NCBI GenBank assembly: GCA_963847615.1
Contig: CAWKAN010000013.1
Span: 6,264-70,263, forward strand
DNA from: an uncultured Alphaproteobacteria bacterium
Lineage (GTDB): Bacteria; Pseudomonadota; Alphaproteobacteria; Acetobacterales; Acetobacteraceae
DNA length: 64,000 nucleotides
Direction: 5' to 3'
The stretch's first letter is position 1. Each line of letters opens with the position of its first letter. The translations under genes were made by a program, and so were the position numbers. Below the pieces are notes generated by a model. The model was not told the origin of the DNA, ran no database searches, and saw only the letters and a program-made list of their open reading frames with translations. Positions 8,577-17,490 of the stretch are shown here, one piece after another.

Positions 8577-8800
8577 TGGGCCGGCTGGCCGGCTTCCGCT
8601 AGCGGGAGCCCGTCCAGCGGCTGCAGCGGGTCGGCTTCGAATTCAGCCGCCTGGCAGCGGGATCGCACGAGATCTGGTTCAATGCCGGCGCCGGGCGCTA
8701 CACGACGCTGCCCAACCATCCCGGCGACATGGCGGAAGGTACGCTGCGCAGCATCCAGCGGCAGGCCGGGGTCGCGCAGGAGGACTTCCTGCAGGGTTGA
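8576..8800 (+). pseudogene. hicA: hicA toxin gene with an in-frame amber codon at codon 9
   Basis: ATG 8576 overlaps the hicB stop (TGATG). The frame reads MGRLAGFR-TAG(8600-8602)-REPVQRLQRVGFEFSRLAAGSHEIWFN..TLPNHPGDMAEGTLRSIQRQAGV, which is the HicA pattern (GSH, TVP-like, GTL..I..QAG). Confidence 0.7.
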
Positions 8801-8866
8801 TCCGGTGGCGTTGACCCCGGGGGTGGCGCCGCGCAAGGATGCGCCCGCTTTGCACGGGCGCGCGCG

Positions 8867-9478
8867 ATGATCCTGCTGATCGACAACTACGACAGTTTCA
8901 CCTTCAACCTGGTGCAGTTCCTGGGCGACCTCGGCGCGCGCTGCGAGGTCTGGCGCAACGACAAGCTGACAGTGGCGCAGGCGATGGCGCGCGCGCCGGA
9001 GGCGATCGTGCTGTCGCCCGGGCCGTGCACGCCGAACGAGGCGGGGATCTGCCTCGAGCTGATCGCGGCGGCGGCGGGGCAGATCCCGATCCTGGGCGTC
9101 TGCCTGGGGCACCAGGCGATCGGCCAGGCGTTCGGCGGCAAGGTGGTGCGCGGGCCGGTGCCGATGCACGGCAAGCAGAGCCGGGTGGTGCACGCGGGGA
9201 GCGATATCTTCGCCGGGCTGCCCTCGCCGTTCCTGGCGACGCGGTATCATAGCCTGGTGGTCGAGCGCGACAGCCTGCCGGAGGTGCTGGTGGCGACGGC
9301 GTGGACCGAGGACGGGCTGATCATGGGCATGCGCCACCGCGCGCTGGCGGTGTTCGGCGTGCAGTTCCACCCGGAGAGCATCGTGACGGAGCACGGCCAC
9401 AAGCTGCTGGGCAACTTCCTGGCGATCGCGCGTGGGGCCAACGCGCCCGGATCGCGCATGTCGGCGCGCGCGGCGTAG
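8867..9478 (+). CDS. trpG: anthranilate synthase component II / glutamine amidotransferase
   Basis: [33 protein letters not shown] catalytic triad motifs. Upstream of trpD. Confidence 0.88.
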   Translation: MILLIDNYDSFTFNLVQFLGDLGARCEVWRNDKLTVAQAMARAPEAIVLSPGPCTPNEAGICLELIAAAAGQIPILGVCLGHQAIGQAFGGKVVRGPVPMHGKQSRVVHAGSDIFAGLPSPFLATRYHSLVVERDSLPEVLVATAWTEDGLIMGMRHRALAVFGVQFHPESIVTEHGHKLLGNFLAIARGANAPGSRMSARAA

Positions 9479-9519
9479 GGCGGCCCGCGGCGATGTCCGG
9501 ACGCACTGGCTTCCCCTCC

Positions 9520-9609
9520 CCGTCATGGCCGGCGCAGGCCGGCCATCCACGACTTGCCTTCGTGCAGCAAGCGAAGTCGTGGATGGCCGGCCTGCGCCGG
9601 CCATGACGG
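9520..9609. repeat. palindromic REP (CGTCATGGCCGGCGCAGGCCGGCCATCCACGACTT arms) between trpG and trpD
   Basis: Inverted arms at 9520-9557 and 9570-9609, read directly. Confidence 0.8.
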
Positions 9610-9628
9610 CGGGCAATGGTCCGCCGTC

Positions 9629-10645
9629 ATGTCCAATGACCTCAAGCCGCTGCTGGCGCGGCTGGCCACCGGGGTGGCGCTGACCGAGGCCGAGGCGGAG
9701 GCGGCGTTCGACGTCATCATGTCGGGCGAGGCGACGCCGGCGCAGATCGGCGGGCTGCTGATGGCGATGCGGGTGCGCGGCGAGACGGTGGCCGAGCTGA
9801 CCGGCGCGGTGCGGGCGATGCGGGCGCGGATGACCGCGATCGCGGCGCCGGAGGGGGCGATCGATGTGTGCGGCACCGGGGGGGACAATGCCGGGACGCT
9901 GAACGTCTCCACCGCGGTGACGTTCGTGCTGGCGGGCGCCGGGGTGCCGGTGGCCAAGCACGGCAACCGGGCGCTGTCCTCGCGCACCGGCGGGGCGGAC
10001 GTGCTGGTCGCGCTGGGGGTGAACGTCGATGCGCCGATGGAGCGGCTGGAGGACATCCTGCGCGAGGCCGGGGCGGTGTTTTTGTTCGCGCCGCGGCACC
10101 ATCCCTCGATGCGGCATGCGGCGGGGCCGCGGGTGGAGCTGGGGACGCGGACGATCTTCAATCTGCTCGGGCCGCTGGCCAATCCGGCGCGGGTGCGCCG
10201 GCAGTTGACCGGGGTGTTCGATCCGGCGTGGGCGCAGCCGATGGCGGAGACGCTGGGGCGGCTGGGCAGCGAGGCGGCGTGGATCGTCCATGGCCAGGGG
10301 CTGGATGAGCTGACCATCGCGGGGGAGAATGTCGTGGTGGCGCTGGAGGCGGGCGCCGTGCGGCGGTTCGTGGTGACGCCGGAGCAGGCCGGCCTGGGGC
10401 GCGCGCCGGTCGAGGCGATCGGCGGCGGGGATGCGGCGGCGAATGCCGCGGCGCTGCGCGGGATGCTGGAGGGCGCGGCGGGGGCGTATCGCGACACGGT
10501 GCTGCTGAATGCCGCGGCGGCGCTGGTGGTGGCGGGGAAGGTCGACGAGCTGCGCGATGGGGCGGCGGTGGCCGCGCAGGTGATCGATAGCGGGGCGGCG
10601 CTGGAGGCGTTGGTGCGGATGCAGCGGGCGAGTGCGGTGGGGTAG
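9629..10645 (+). CDS. trpD: anthranilate phosphoribosyltransferase
   Basis: ATG 9629 within track ORF 9554-10645. Motifs [45 protein letters not shown]. Confidence 0.92.
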   Translation: MSNDLKPLLARLATGVALTEAEAEAAFDVIMSGEATPAQIGGLLMAMRVRGETVAELTGAVRAMRARMTAIAAPEGAIDVCGTGGDNAGTLNVSTAVTFVLAGAGVPVAKHGNRALSSRTGGADVLVALGVNVDAPMERLEDILREAGAVFLFAPRHHPSMRHAAGPRVELGTRTIFNLLGPLANPARVRRQLTGVFDPAWAQPMAETLGRLGSEAAWIVHGQGLDELTIAGENVVVALEAGAVRRFVVTPEQAGLGRAPVEAIGGGDAAANAAALRGMLEGAAGAYRDTVLLNAAAALVVAGKVDELRDGAAVAAQVIDSGAALEALVRMQRASAVG

Positions 10646-10671
10646 GCGAGTCCGCCGCTGGTGCCCGAACC

Positions 10672-11004
10672 CTACGGATCGAAGCCGAAGACTGCGAAGA
10701 AGGTGGGCCTGTGGGCGGCCAGCCAGTCGGCTGGCGCGCTGCCCAACCGGCTGGTGATCACCGATTTGTCGAGCGTTGCCAGCTTGTCGAAGCGTACGGT
10801 GGAGCGGGTCTTCAAACCGGTGCCCGGCGTCGCGTCGATAACGGCCATATCCGGACCGGTGCGCGGGACCGAGGTGATGAAGCACACCACGACGTCGGTG
10901 CGCCGGTCGTTGTCGCGCGACACGATCAGGACGGGCCGGCGCTTGTCGCCGGACAGGTCGGTGAAGGGGAAGCGCGCGAGGGCGATGGCGCCGAACGCGA
11001 GCAC
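10672..11004 (-). CDS. MazF/PemK family toxin
   Basis: 110 aa, GTG start. FPFTDLSGDKRRPVLIVS...VVVCFITS is the PemK-like pattern. Abuts the stop of the upstream small ORF. Confidence 0.75.
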   Translation of the reverse strand: MLAFGAIALARFPFTDLSGDKRRPVLIVSRDNDRRTDVVVCFITSVPRTGPDMAVIDATPGTGLKTRSTVRFDKLATLDKSVITSRLGSAPADWLAAHRPTFFAVFGFDP

Positions 11005-11223
11005 TTACCCGAACCGTTCGATGGCGTCCGCGTCGGTGTAAAGGTCCGGCTCCTCGACGAGGAAGTCGAAGGCGCCGCCAGCCTGGGCCAGAGCCGTCAT
11101 CGGCAGGGCGGCCTCATCGGGAACCTCCACCAGCACGTGAACGCGGGTGCGCGCGGGAATGCCGCGGTGCGCCAGCTCCGCCGACACCTGCCCGGCTTCA
11201 ATATCCAGCGTCATGCGCTGCAT
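11005..11223 (-). CDS. putative cognate antitoxin (family not recognised); founder of a triplicated module
   Basis: MQRMTLDIEAGQVSAELAHRGIPARTRVHVLVEV...FDFLVEEPDLYTDADAIERFG. Its TAA stop is directly adjacent to the MazF-type GTG. Paralogous copies at 12041-12258 and 13150-13262. Confidence 0.55.
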   Translation of the reverse strand: MQRMTLDIEAGQVSAELAHRGIPARTRVHVLVEVPDEAALPMTALAQAGGAFDFLVEEPDLYTDADAIERFG

Positions 11224-11280
11224 CGGTGCATCCTGCTTCGTGGTTCTCAGGGGACGCATACAACAAATCGTGGCGTTGCG

Positions 11281-11541
11281 TCAGGCGGGCAGCACGTCCT
11301 CCCGCGCCGGCCAGGCGGCATAGCCGAGGGCCTGGCGGATGTCCTCGGCTTCAAGGTCGGGATAGTCGGCGAGGATTTCGGCCGGCGTCGCGCCGTCCGC
11401 AAGCAGGGACAGCACCAGCCCCACGGTGATGCGCAGGCCGCGGATGCAGGCGCGCCCGCCCATCTTGCCGGGTTCGAACGTGATCCGGTCGAAGCGGCCG
11501 GCCGTCATTGGGGCGGTGGCCTGTGGTGTGTCCGGCGACAT
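11281..11541 (-). CDS. DUF433 domain protein (antitoxin-like), no partner
   Basis: 86 aa from ATG 11541. GKMGGRACIRGLRITVGLVLSLLADGATPAEILADYPDLEAEDIRQAL is the DUF433 signature. Confidence 0.75.
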   Translation of the reverse strand: MSPDTPQATAPMTAGRFDRITFEPGKMGGRACIRGLRITVGLVLSLLADGATPAEILADYPDLEAEDIRQALGYAAWPAREDVLPA

Positions 11542-11675
11542 GGTTCGCTCCGGGATGATCGCGGCGTGGGTGGCAGCATAGCACCAAGCGGGCGATTTGC
11601 CGCGGTGTCTGATCGAGGCCCTCGACGGAGCCGAGCGCGTCGCTGGCGGATGCGGCGATGTCTGGCGGCAGGGGT

Positions 11676-11996
11676 TCATCCCGCCACGAGGATCGGCTCC
11701 GCTTGCTGGAGGATGTGGCGGCGGCGCAGGTCGTTGCGGCTTGGCTCGATGGAGCGGCGCTCGACCAGGTCGACGGGGCGGCCGAGGGCCTGTTCCAGCG
11801 CCTCCTTGAGGTCGAGGAAGCCGGCGAAGTCGGGGGCGGCGCCGGGTTCGAATTCGACCAGCAGGTCGGCGTCGCTGCGCTGGGCGTCGAAGTCCGTGCC
11901 GCGGGCGGCGGAGCCGAAGACCTCCAGGCGTTTGACGTGGAAGCGCCGGCAGAGGTCGGCGATTGGGTCGCGCTTGGCGCTGACGGCGGCGTGCAT
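11676..11996 (-). CDS. mntA: MntA-type minimal nucleotidyltransferase (HepT/MntA antitoxin component)
   Basis: 106 aa from ATG 11996. LEVFGSAARGTDFDAQRSDADLLVEF is the GSxxRG...DxD nucleotidyltransferase motif. Confidence 0.8.
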   Translation of the reverse strand: MHAAVSAKRDPIADLCRRFHVKRLEVFGSAARGTDFDAQRSDADLLVEFEPGAAPDFAGFLDLKEALEQALGRPVDLVERRSIEPSRNDLRRRHILQQAEPILVAG

Positions 11997-12040
11997 GGTC
12001 GGCTCCGGTGGTGCGGCGGGGGGGGGGCCGGTGGCAGCGT

Positions 12041-12258
12041 TTACCAGAACCGTTCGATGGCGTCCGCGTCGGTGTAAAGGTCCGGCTCCGCGGCGAGAAA
12101 CGCCAAGGTGCCGCCGGCGTGGGGGATGGCTGGCATCGGCGGGGCGGCGGCATCGGGGAGGTGCACCGGAACGGGGACGCGCATGCGCGCGGGAACGCCG
12201 CGGGCGCCTGCTCGGCCGGTACCTGCCCGGCTTCGATATGGCGTGTCGTGCGCTGCAT
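12041..12258 (-). pseudogene. second copy of the 11005-11223 antitoxin-like gene, frameshifted
   Basis: N-terminus MQRTTRHIEAGQVPAEQAP in one frame; GVPARMRVPVPVHLPD...LAFLAAEPDLYTDADAIERFW in another. DNA 12041-12090 is nearly identical to 11005-11055. Confidence 0.5.
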
Positions 12259-12347
12259 CGGTGGGTCCGCATCGTGAGTTCCGGGGGCTGGCTACCGCGC
12301 AAGGCAGCGCGGTGCAGTTGCCCGCGGGCACTTGTCGCGGCTTGTCT

Positions 12348-12366
12348 TGACACCAATATGGTGTCA
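12348..12366 (+). promoter_or_regulatory. palindrome TGACACC-AATAT-GGTGTCA upstream of mqsR (possible MqsA operator)
   Basis: Read directly. 11 nt upstream of ATG 12377. E. coli MqsA binds ACCT-N-AGGT type palindromes; the analogy is an inference. Confidence 0.4.
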
Positions 12367-12376
12367 CCCTAGCGGG

Positions 12377-12682
12377 ATGGAGAAGCGGCGACCTACGTAT
12401 GACCTCGACGCCATCAAGGCCGCCATTGGCTCCGTCGAGGCCCTGGCGATCACTCGTTCCGCGTTCGCGGACGCCTTGGCACTTGGCCTCGGTCGGTCCG
12501 GGATCGTGGCGGTGATCCAGGGGATTCGGCGGCCGATGTTCTACAAGTCGATGACGACGCTGGCCGATCATCGAACCTGGCAGGACGTTTACCATGTGCC
12601 GGCCGAAGGGCTGGTGCTGTACGTCAAATTCCAGGCCGACGTGGTGACGGCGTTCCGGGTGATGTCGTTCAAGGAGAGATGA
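12377..12682 (+). CDS. mqsR: MqsR family toxin
   Basis: MEKRRPTYDLDAIKAA...FYKSMTTLADHRTWQDVYHV...VMSFKE closely follows the MqsR pattern. Confidence 0.8.
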   Translation: MEKRRPTYDLDAIKAAIGSVEALAITRSAFADALALGLGRSGIVAVIQGIRRPMFYKSMTTLADHRTWQDVYHVPAEGLVLYVKFQADVVTAFRVMSFKER

Positions 12683-13143
12683 CGATGGCTGACAAGGCGC
12701 AGACATTGCCGGCGACCATGACCTGCCCGGAAACCGGCCGGGCGCTGCGGCGCGACACGCGCTCGTTCACGGTGCGCTACAAGGGGCATGAGGTCGTGGT
12801 CGATCTGCCTGGATATTACCCGGACGGGGATGGCGACTCGGTGCATGTCGGGGCCGATATGGCGGCGGCCGACGAGGCGCTGCGCGGGTTGAAGGAGCGG
12901 GTCGATGGGCTGCCCTCACCGGCAACGATCCGGCGCATTCGCCACAAGCTGCGGCTTTCGCAGCGCGCGGCGGGGGCGGTGTTTCGGGTCGGGAGCAGGG
13001 CCTTTGACAAATACGAGCGGAGTTTGGTCGAGCCAAGCGGGCCGACGATCCAGCTATTGCGGCTGCTCGATGCGCATCCGGAGTTGATCGCGGAACTGCG
13101 GTGTGCCGAGCAGGAGCTACCGGAGGAGCGTCAGGCTGGATAG
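12679..13143 (+). CDS. mqsA: MqsA family antitoxin (Zn-finger + HTH)
   Basis: 154 aa. The ATG overlaps the mqsR stop. CPETG N-terminal finger region and HTH (IRRIRHKLRLSQRAAGAVFRVGSRAFDKYE). Confidence 0.85.
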   Translation: MTMADKAQTLPATMTCPETGRALRRDTRSFTVRYKGHEVVVDLPGYYPDGDGDSVHVGADMAAADEALRGLKERVDGLPSPATIRRIRHKLRLSQRAAGAVFRVGSRAFDKYERSLVEPSGPTIQLLRLLDAHPELIAELRCAEQELPEERQAG

Positions 13144-13149
13144 GTCGGC

Positions 13150-13262
13150 GGCGCGTCGGCGTAGCCAGGGACCTCCGCCAGCACGTGGCCGCGCTTGCGC
13201 GCGGGAATGCCGCGGTGCGCCAGCTGCGCTGGTACCTGCCCGGCCTCGATATCCAGCGTCAT
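13150..13262 (-). pseudogene. third, truncated copy of the antitoxin-like module
   Basis: The minus strand reads MTLDIEAGQVPAQLAHRGIPARKRGHVLAEVP, then diverges and runs into the mqsA 3' end. Confidence 0.45.
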
Positions 13263-13307
13263 GCGCCGCAGCAGTGCGTCTCTCTTGCTTGTGCCTGGCT
13301 CATTGCA

Positions 13308-13544
13308 TCAGTCGGCAGCGCGCAATCGCTCCAACTCGTGGGCGAACGCGGCGCGCAGCAAGTCACGTTCCTCCTCCGGCAGCCAGTTCGCCATCTGACG
13401 GAACAGGATCGCGTTGACGTTGGCCCGTTGCGGGTCCCACGGCATGCGCTTGGCCGCCCGCGCGGTCGCCAGCAGCGCGTCCAGGCGCTTGCAAATCGGC
13501 TCGGGCGACGGTCCGGCCGGCTGCGGCGGAACATCGTCGAACAG
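13308..13544 (-). pseudogene. orphan 3' gene fragment, no start codon, unknown family
   Basis: 78 codons (..MPWDPQRANVNAILFRQMANWLPEEERDLLRAAFAHELERLRAAD-stop) with coding-like composition. A TGA lies 4 codons upstream and there is no ATG/GTG. Confidence 0.3.
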
Positions 13545-13570
13545 ATTGGCCTGTCAAGTCGCGCTATTCA

Positions 13571-15319
13571 TCAGGCTGCATATACAACGGATGCTGGTGT
13601 GTTACACCCGCCCGAGCGCAACCACGTGTCTGAGGTATGTCCCACGGCAAACGGCAATTCGGCCGATTGGTGCCGCCCGAACTGCCGGTGGCGTAGCACG
13701 TGTGGCGCTGACGCGAATGCAACGGAGAAGTGCTGTCGAATAGGTGGGGGGTGGCTCGTCCACTGATCGCCAGACCAATGCTTGGCGATTGCCGCCCAGT
13801 CCACGGGCCGTTCTTTGGCCAACGTCCACACATCCCAAAAATCCGGGTCCGCCGACCGCGGTCGCTGATCTTCCGGCAGCTCGTCAACTTCCACAAAACT
13901 CAAATCGGGGCGGCCCAGCCAAGTAGGACGGCTTGGCGCGACGGCAGGCTCGGTAGTTCTCGAAGCAACCCTCCCCACATTGTCGGGGACCAACCGAGCG
14001 ACAAAATTCTGGTCGGAGTCATTGACGATACGATGTAATAGAAAGGTATTGCATTGCGCGGAACGGTTGGCGAAAGCTCCGACGGCCGTTGCGAGGAAAG
14101 CACCAGGCCCAAGCCGAATTTGCGTCCCTCCCGTGCGATCCGCTCAAACACCTCCCGGCACAACTGAGCGGGAGAAGAGGCGGCACCTTCGTCGTCCTTG
14201 CCGCGTCGGACGAAATTATGTGCCTCCTCAAGGACGAGCACGGTGGGTAAGGACAGCCCCTGCGGGCTTGCGTGACGATATCTCTGTAGCAACTCGAAAA
14301 TTAAGCGCGCAAGTACCGATACAACGATGTGTACCATTTCAGATGGAACAAGCGACAGATCTACAATAGCAAGCTGTCCATTGCTCGCGTCGCTGTCTCC
14401 TACATAATCCCTCAGCCAGGAATCAAATGAGGTCGGTGGATCACGAGCAATTACGGCGCCAAGACGCCGATCAGCGAGCATTCCGCGGATTCGCAATCCA
14501 AGTGTGGAGATAAACCCCGCAAGGCTACCTCCTTGCTCTGTCGCAATGCGCTCCAGGTGCTCGGCCAACATGTTAACATCAAAGAAAAGAGGAGCATCCT
14601 CACTAATGGGCTCGGCATGACCTAAATCCGGTAGCGTGATAGCCAGTAAGTCGATCTCGTTTCGGGCTGTCTCAAGATCAACAACCAAAAAATCGTTGAA
14701 GTATTCAGGATTTCCCTTGGAGCGTCAACTTTCAATGATCCCACGAATTTTCGCACTGATTCCGCCCAATCTCCTTGTCACTGGCTCTTCGAGATCACCA
14801 GAAAAGCTGGAACAGTCCGTCAGCAATTCCTTCGAGAAGCCTTGCACAATCAAATCTTGGCCTGTGTCCGCCCGCAAAGGCATGTGTGCCAGTGCTCAAC
14901 ATCGCGGAGATTCAGATCGAGTAGGAGCGCAGATAGCGTCGGATCGTTGCCTCTCGTGGCACATCTGCCGGTTGTCCAGCCTTAAGTTCCCGTAAGCCTT
15001 GAAGTAATAATGGACGTTGCGCACCCGGTTGTGCATGTGCGACCGCCGTCCATTCATGACCGCTCCAAAGCCATGCCGGCACATCGAGCGGGCGCTCGCC
15101 TTTAGCTATCGGCGGCACCCGAAACAAGCGCAGTTTCTCGCCCTGATCTGCAAATGCTTTGGCGTATTCACCATTGGGGTCGAGAATGATGAACCGTGCA
15201 TTTGGTCCACCGGTTCTCCCCGCACCTTCGAGGGCGTCCTGCGCGGCGTTCATCGACCAGCGAATGAGACCCGCTACTGAGCAAGATTTGCCACTGCCGG
15301 TGTTTCCTAGGACGGCTAG
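13571..15319 (-). pseudogene. HerA-like (DUF87) ATPase, central and C-terminal part, heavily decayed
   Basis: Walker A LAVLGNTGSGKS (rc of about 15284-15316), FIILDPNGEY, Walker B LVLEEAHNF, GRKFGLGLVLSSQRPSEL, QCNTFLLHRIVNDSDQ, ELPEDQRPRSADPDFWDVW. These are spread over several frames, with an in-frame TGA at 14725-14727. Confidence 0.7.
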
Positions 15320-16942
15320 CCCATCTTATTCACCGAACCAGCCGGCCGCTATACCATTACGTATCGACAACTATAACGTGCATGCCTCGCCTTCGGCACG
15401 CTTGACCGTGTTTTAGATCGTCTCTGCAAGGTGTTGGAGGTTGATCGGACAGGGTTCGACCGGGACACTCGTCCCACCGCTTACGTTGGACGCAGATCAG
15501 CGCACCAACCAACCCACGAAACAGGGCAGCGTCGGGGCAGTTGGCAGCGAATGCCAGCTTGATGCAAGTCGCAGTCTCCTTGATCCGCACTGCAATCTTC
15601 AGCAACCGCAGCCGGATGGTGGAGAATTCGCCGCGGGCCAACGGCTGCATGCAAGGGATGGCATCGCGCACGGTCAGCGTCAGCCAGTATGCGGCGGTGT
15701 AGGATCAGCCGCATCTGATTGGCCAGCGGCGAACGGCAACTCGTCCGGTCCGAGGCCAGCTGGCTCTTGTGCCGCTTGATCAGGTTCTCTGCCTGCCCAC
15801 GTGCGCAGTAGAGACTGTCGTAGAGCCACTCGGCGGTGCCGTAGGTGATGTTGGTAGCGATATAGCGGATATCGAGACCTTTTCGCGTCGCCTCGATCCG
15901 TGCCACGACGCGGCGGGGATGCGACCAGGATTTGGCGCCATAGAGGGTTTCGGTGTAGTCGCGCACCACATCGAGGTTGGCGATCGCGCGCCGGACGCAC
16001 ACATCATCGGACTTGATGAAGACCTGAGCGGCAAGGATCGTGTTGGTGGACAGACCGAAGATATAGCGGACACGGTTCTGCTCGCACCAGTACCATCGCC
16101 TCACGTCGGCCGTAATGGCTGTCGCCGCGGATAGTGATGCGTGTGTGTGGCCAGTGCAGCCGGATGCGTCGCACCAGACGACGTAGATGGGCTCTCACCT
16201 CCTTGCCATCCGGCGTCTTCCCTGGGCGCAGGATCGTCAGCACGCAATGGCCGGTGCCTGCATCGTAGACATGGATCGGCAGGAAGCAGCGTTCGTCATA
16301 GTGCGCATTGAACAGCGACAACTGCTGATGGCCGTGCACCGTGTCTGCGGTATCGTCGATATCGAGGGTGATCGCCTTCGGCGCGCGCCGGTGGCTCTTG
16401 CACCACAGGTCCACCATGCCCCCCGTCAGCCGGAACAAGGTGCGCAGCTCTAGCGCGTTCTCCCAGCGTGACATCGTGGGTTGCGAGGCCAGATCGTCGC
16501 CGCTTTCTGGCAGCCGCCCGCAGGCGAGTTTGAAAGCGGGGTCCTTGCGCAGATCATCCAGATCATTGGCGTCCGGGTAGCCGCAGGCGATGGCGAACAC
16601 GCGAGCACGCAGAATGTCTGCCATCGAATGGGTGATCAGGTTGCGGTCGCGATGGTCGGGGATGATCGCAGCCAGTGTGTCGATCAGGCCAAGTCGCTTG
16701 TCGGCACCGGCCAAAAGCAAAACGCCACCGTCCGAACTGATCAGCCCGCCGTCGAACGCGGCCGTGACCTTCTTCTGCAAGATGCTTGGCAAGGAGAATG
16801 GTAGAAGCGTATCGTCGTCGGTGGCGGGCATGGCAAATTCTGTCCAGTCATGGAGAGTGGCGTCGATAACCAATCTCTATGCAATTCCGAGACATTTTAT
16901 CATGCCCGTCAGCGAATCCTGCCATGCGGTGAATAAGATGGG
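15320..16942 (-). mobile_element. IS1380-family insertion sequence (1623 bp), defective
   Basis: 16-bp perfect terminal inverted repeats CCCATCTTATTCACCG (15320-15335) and CGGTGAATAAGATGGG (16927-16942). CTAG is duplicated at 15316-15319 and 16943-16946. Confidence 0.8.
15357..16873 (-). pseudogene. IS1380-family DDE transposase with two frameshifts
   Basis: Three consecutive frames (16873-16004, 16104-15690, 15671-15357) give DIDDTADTVHGHQQLSLFNAHYDERCFLP..., WYWCEQNRVRYIFGLSTN and AAYWLTLTVRDAIP..GEFSTIRLRLLKIAVRIKET, all typical of IS1380-type transposases. Confidence 0.75.
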
Positions 16943-17483
16943 CTAGATGCCGGCCAAACAGCTTATCCGGGTCCACCATTATGGCGGCGTTAGAAGCCAT
17001 CGGAGATGAGCCTATTCGAACCGTCTATCGTCGTCCCGTGCACCAACAATAGCTTCAACCTGCGTGGATGTCGGGATGAGGACCTGGTCACCCACTGAAG
17101 GGAACAGCGAGCACCCCCCGCGAGAGCTCAAATTTCGTCGCACCCGACCTGCGATCACGCCGTGAGGTGAGTGTCCCGACTGGAGACAGTGACATCTTTC
17201 GAAGTGGGAAAGGCAGATCGATCAAACCGAAGTCCTTGAACCCAGACCGTTTTGGGTACGGAGAGCGCTCAATTCCGATCCAGGTGATATACGCGACTGT
17301 GGCACCTGTCTCGTTAGGGATGAGGACATACCCGTTGAGGCGCGGAAATCCGGCTGGGACACCAGCATTCAGAGCGGTCGCCTGAGGGGCATCGAGTTCC
17401 AGAAGCACCCGAATCCCATTTGGGGCGACGGCCTCGACCGTACCGATGACAAGTTCCGATAGTCGTTCGATCGGCGTTGTCAT
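16943..17483 (-). pseudogene. HerA-like ATPase, N-terminal part (HAS-barrel region)
   Basis: MTTPIERLSELVIGTVEAVAPNGIRVLLE..., then VGDQVLIPTSTQVEAIVG and MVDPDKLFGRH in shifted frames. GRH joins LAVLGNTGSGKS across the IS. Confidence 0.7.
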
Positions 17484-17490
17484 GACTATC

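Noticed and set aside
8552-10885. A 777-aa minus-strand ORF lies antisense to trpG-trpD. Similar antisense giants include 36277-38376, 36507-38378, 38840-40276, 50852-52918 and 49155-50846.
   Set aside because: All lie antisense to, or out of frame with, genes that have clear conserved motifs. Their composition is the typical shadow-ORF pattern of GC-rich DNA.
11281-12258. A 325-aa minus-strand ORF spans the DUF433, mntA and antitoxin-copy region.
   Set aside because: It fuses segments that are in frame only by chance. The recognisable domains each have their own start and stop context, and mntA is in a different frame.
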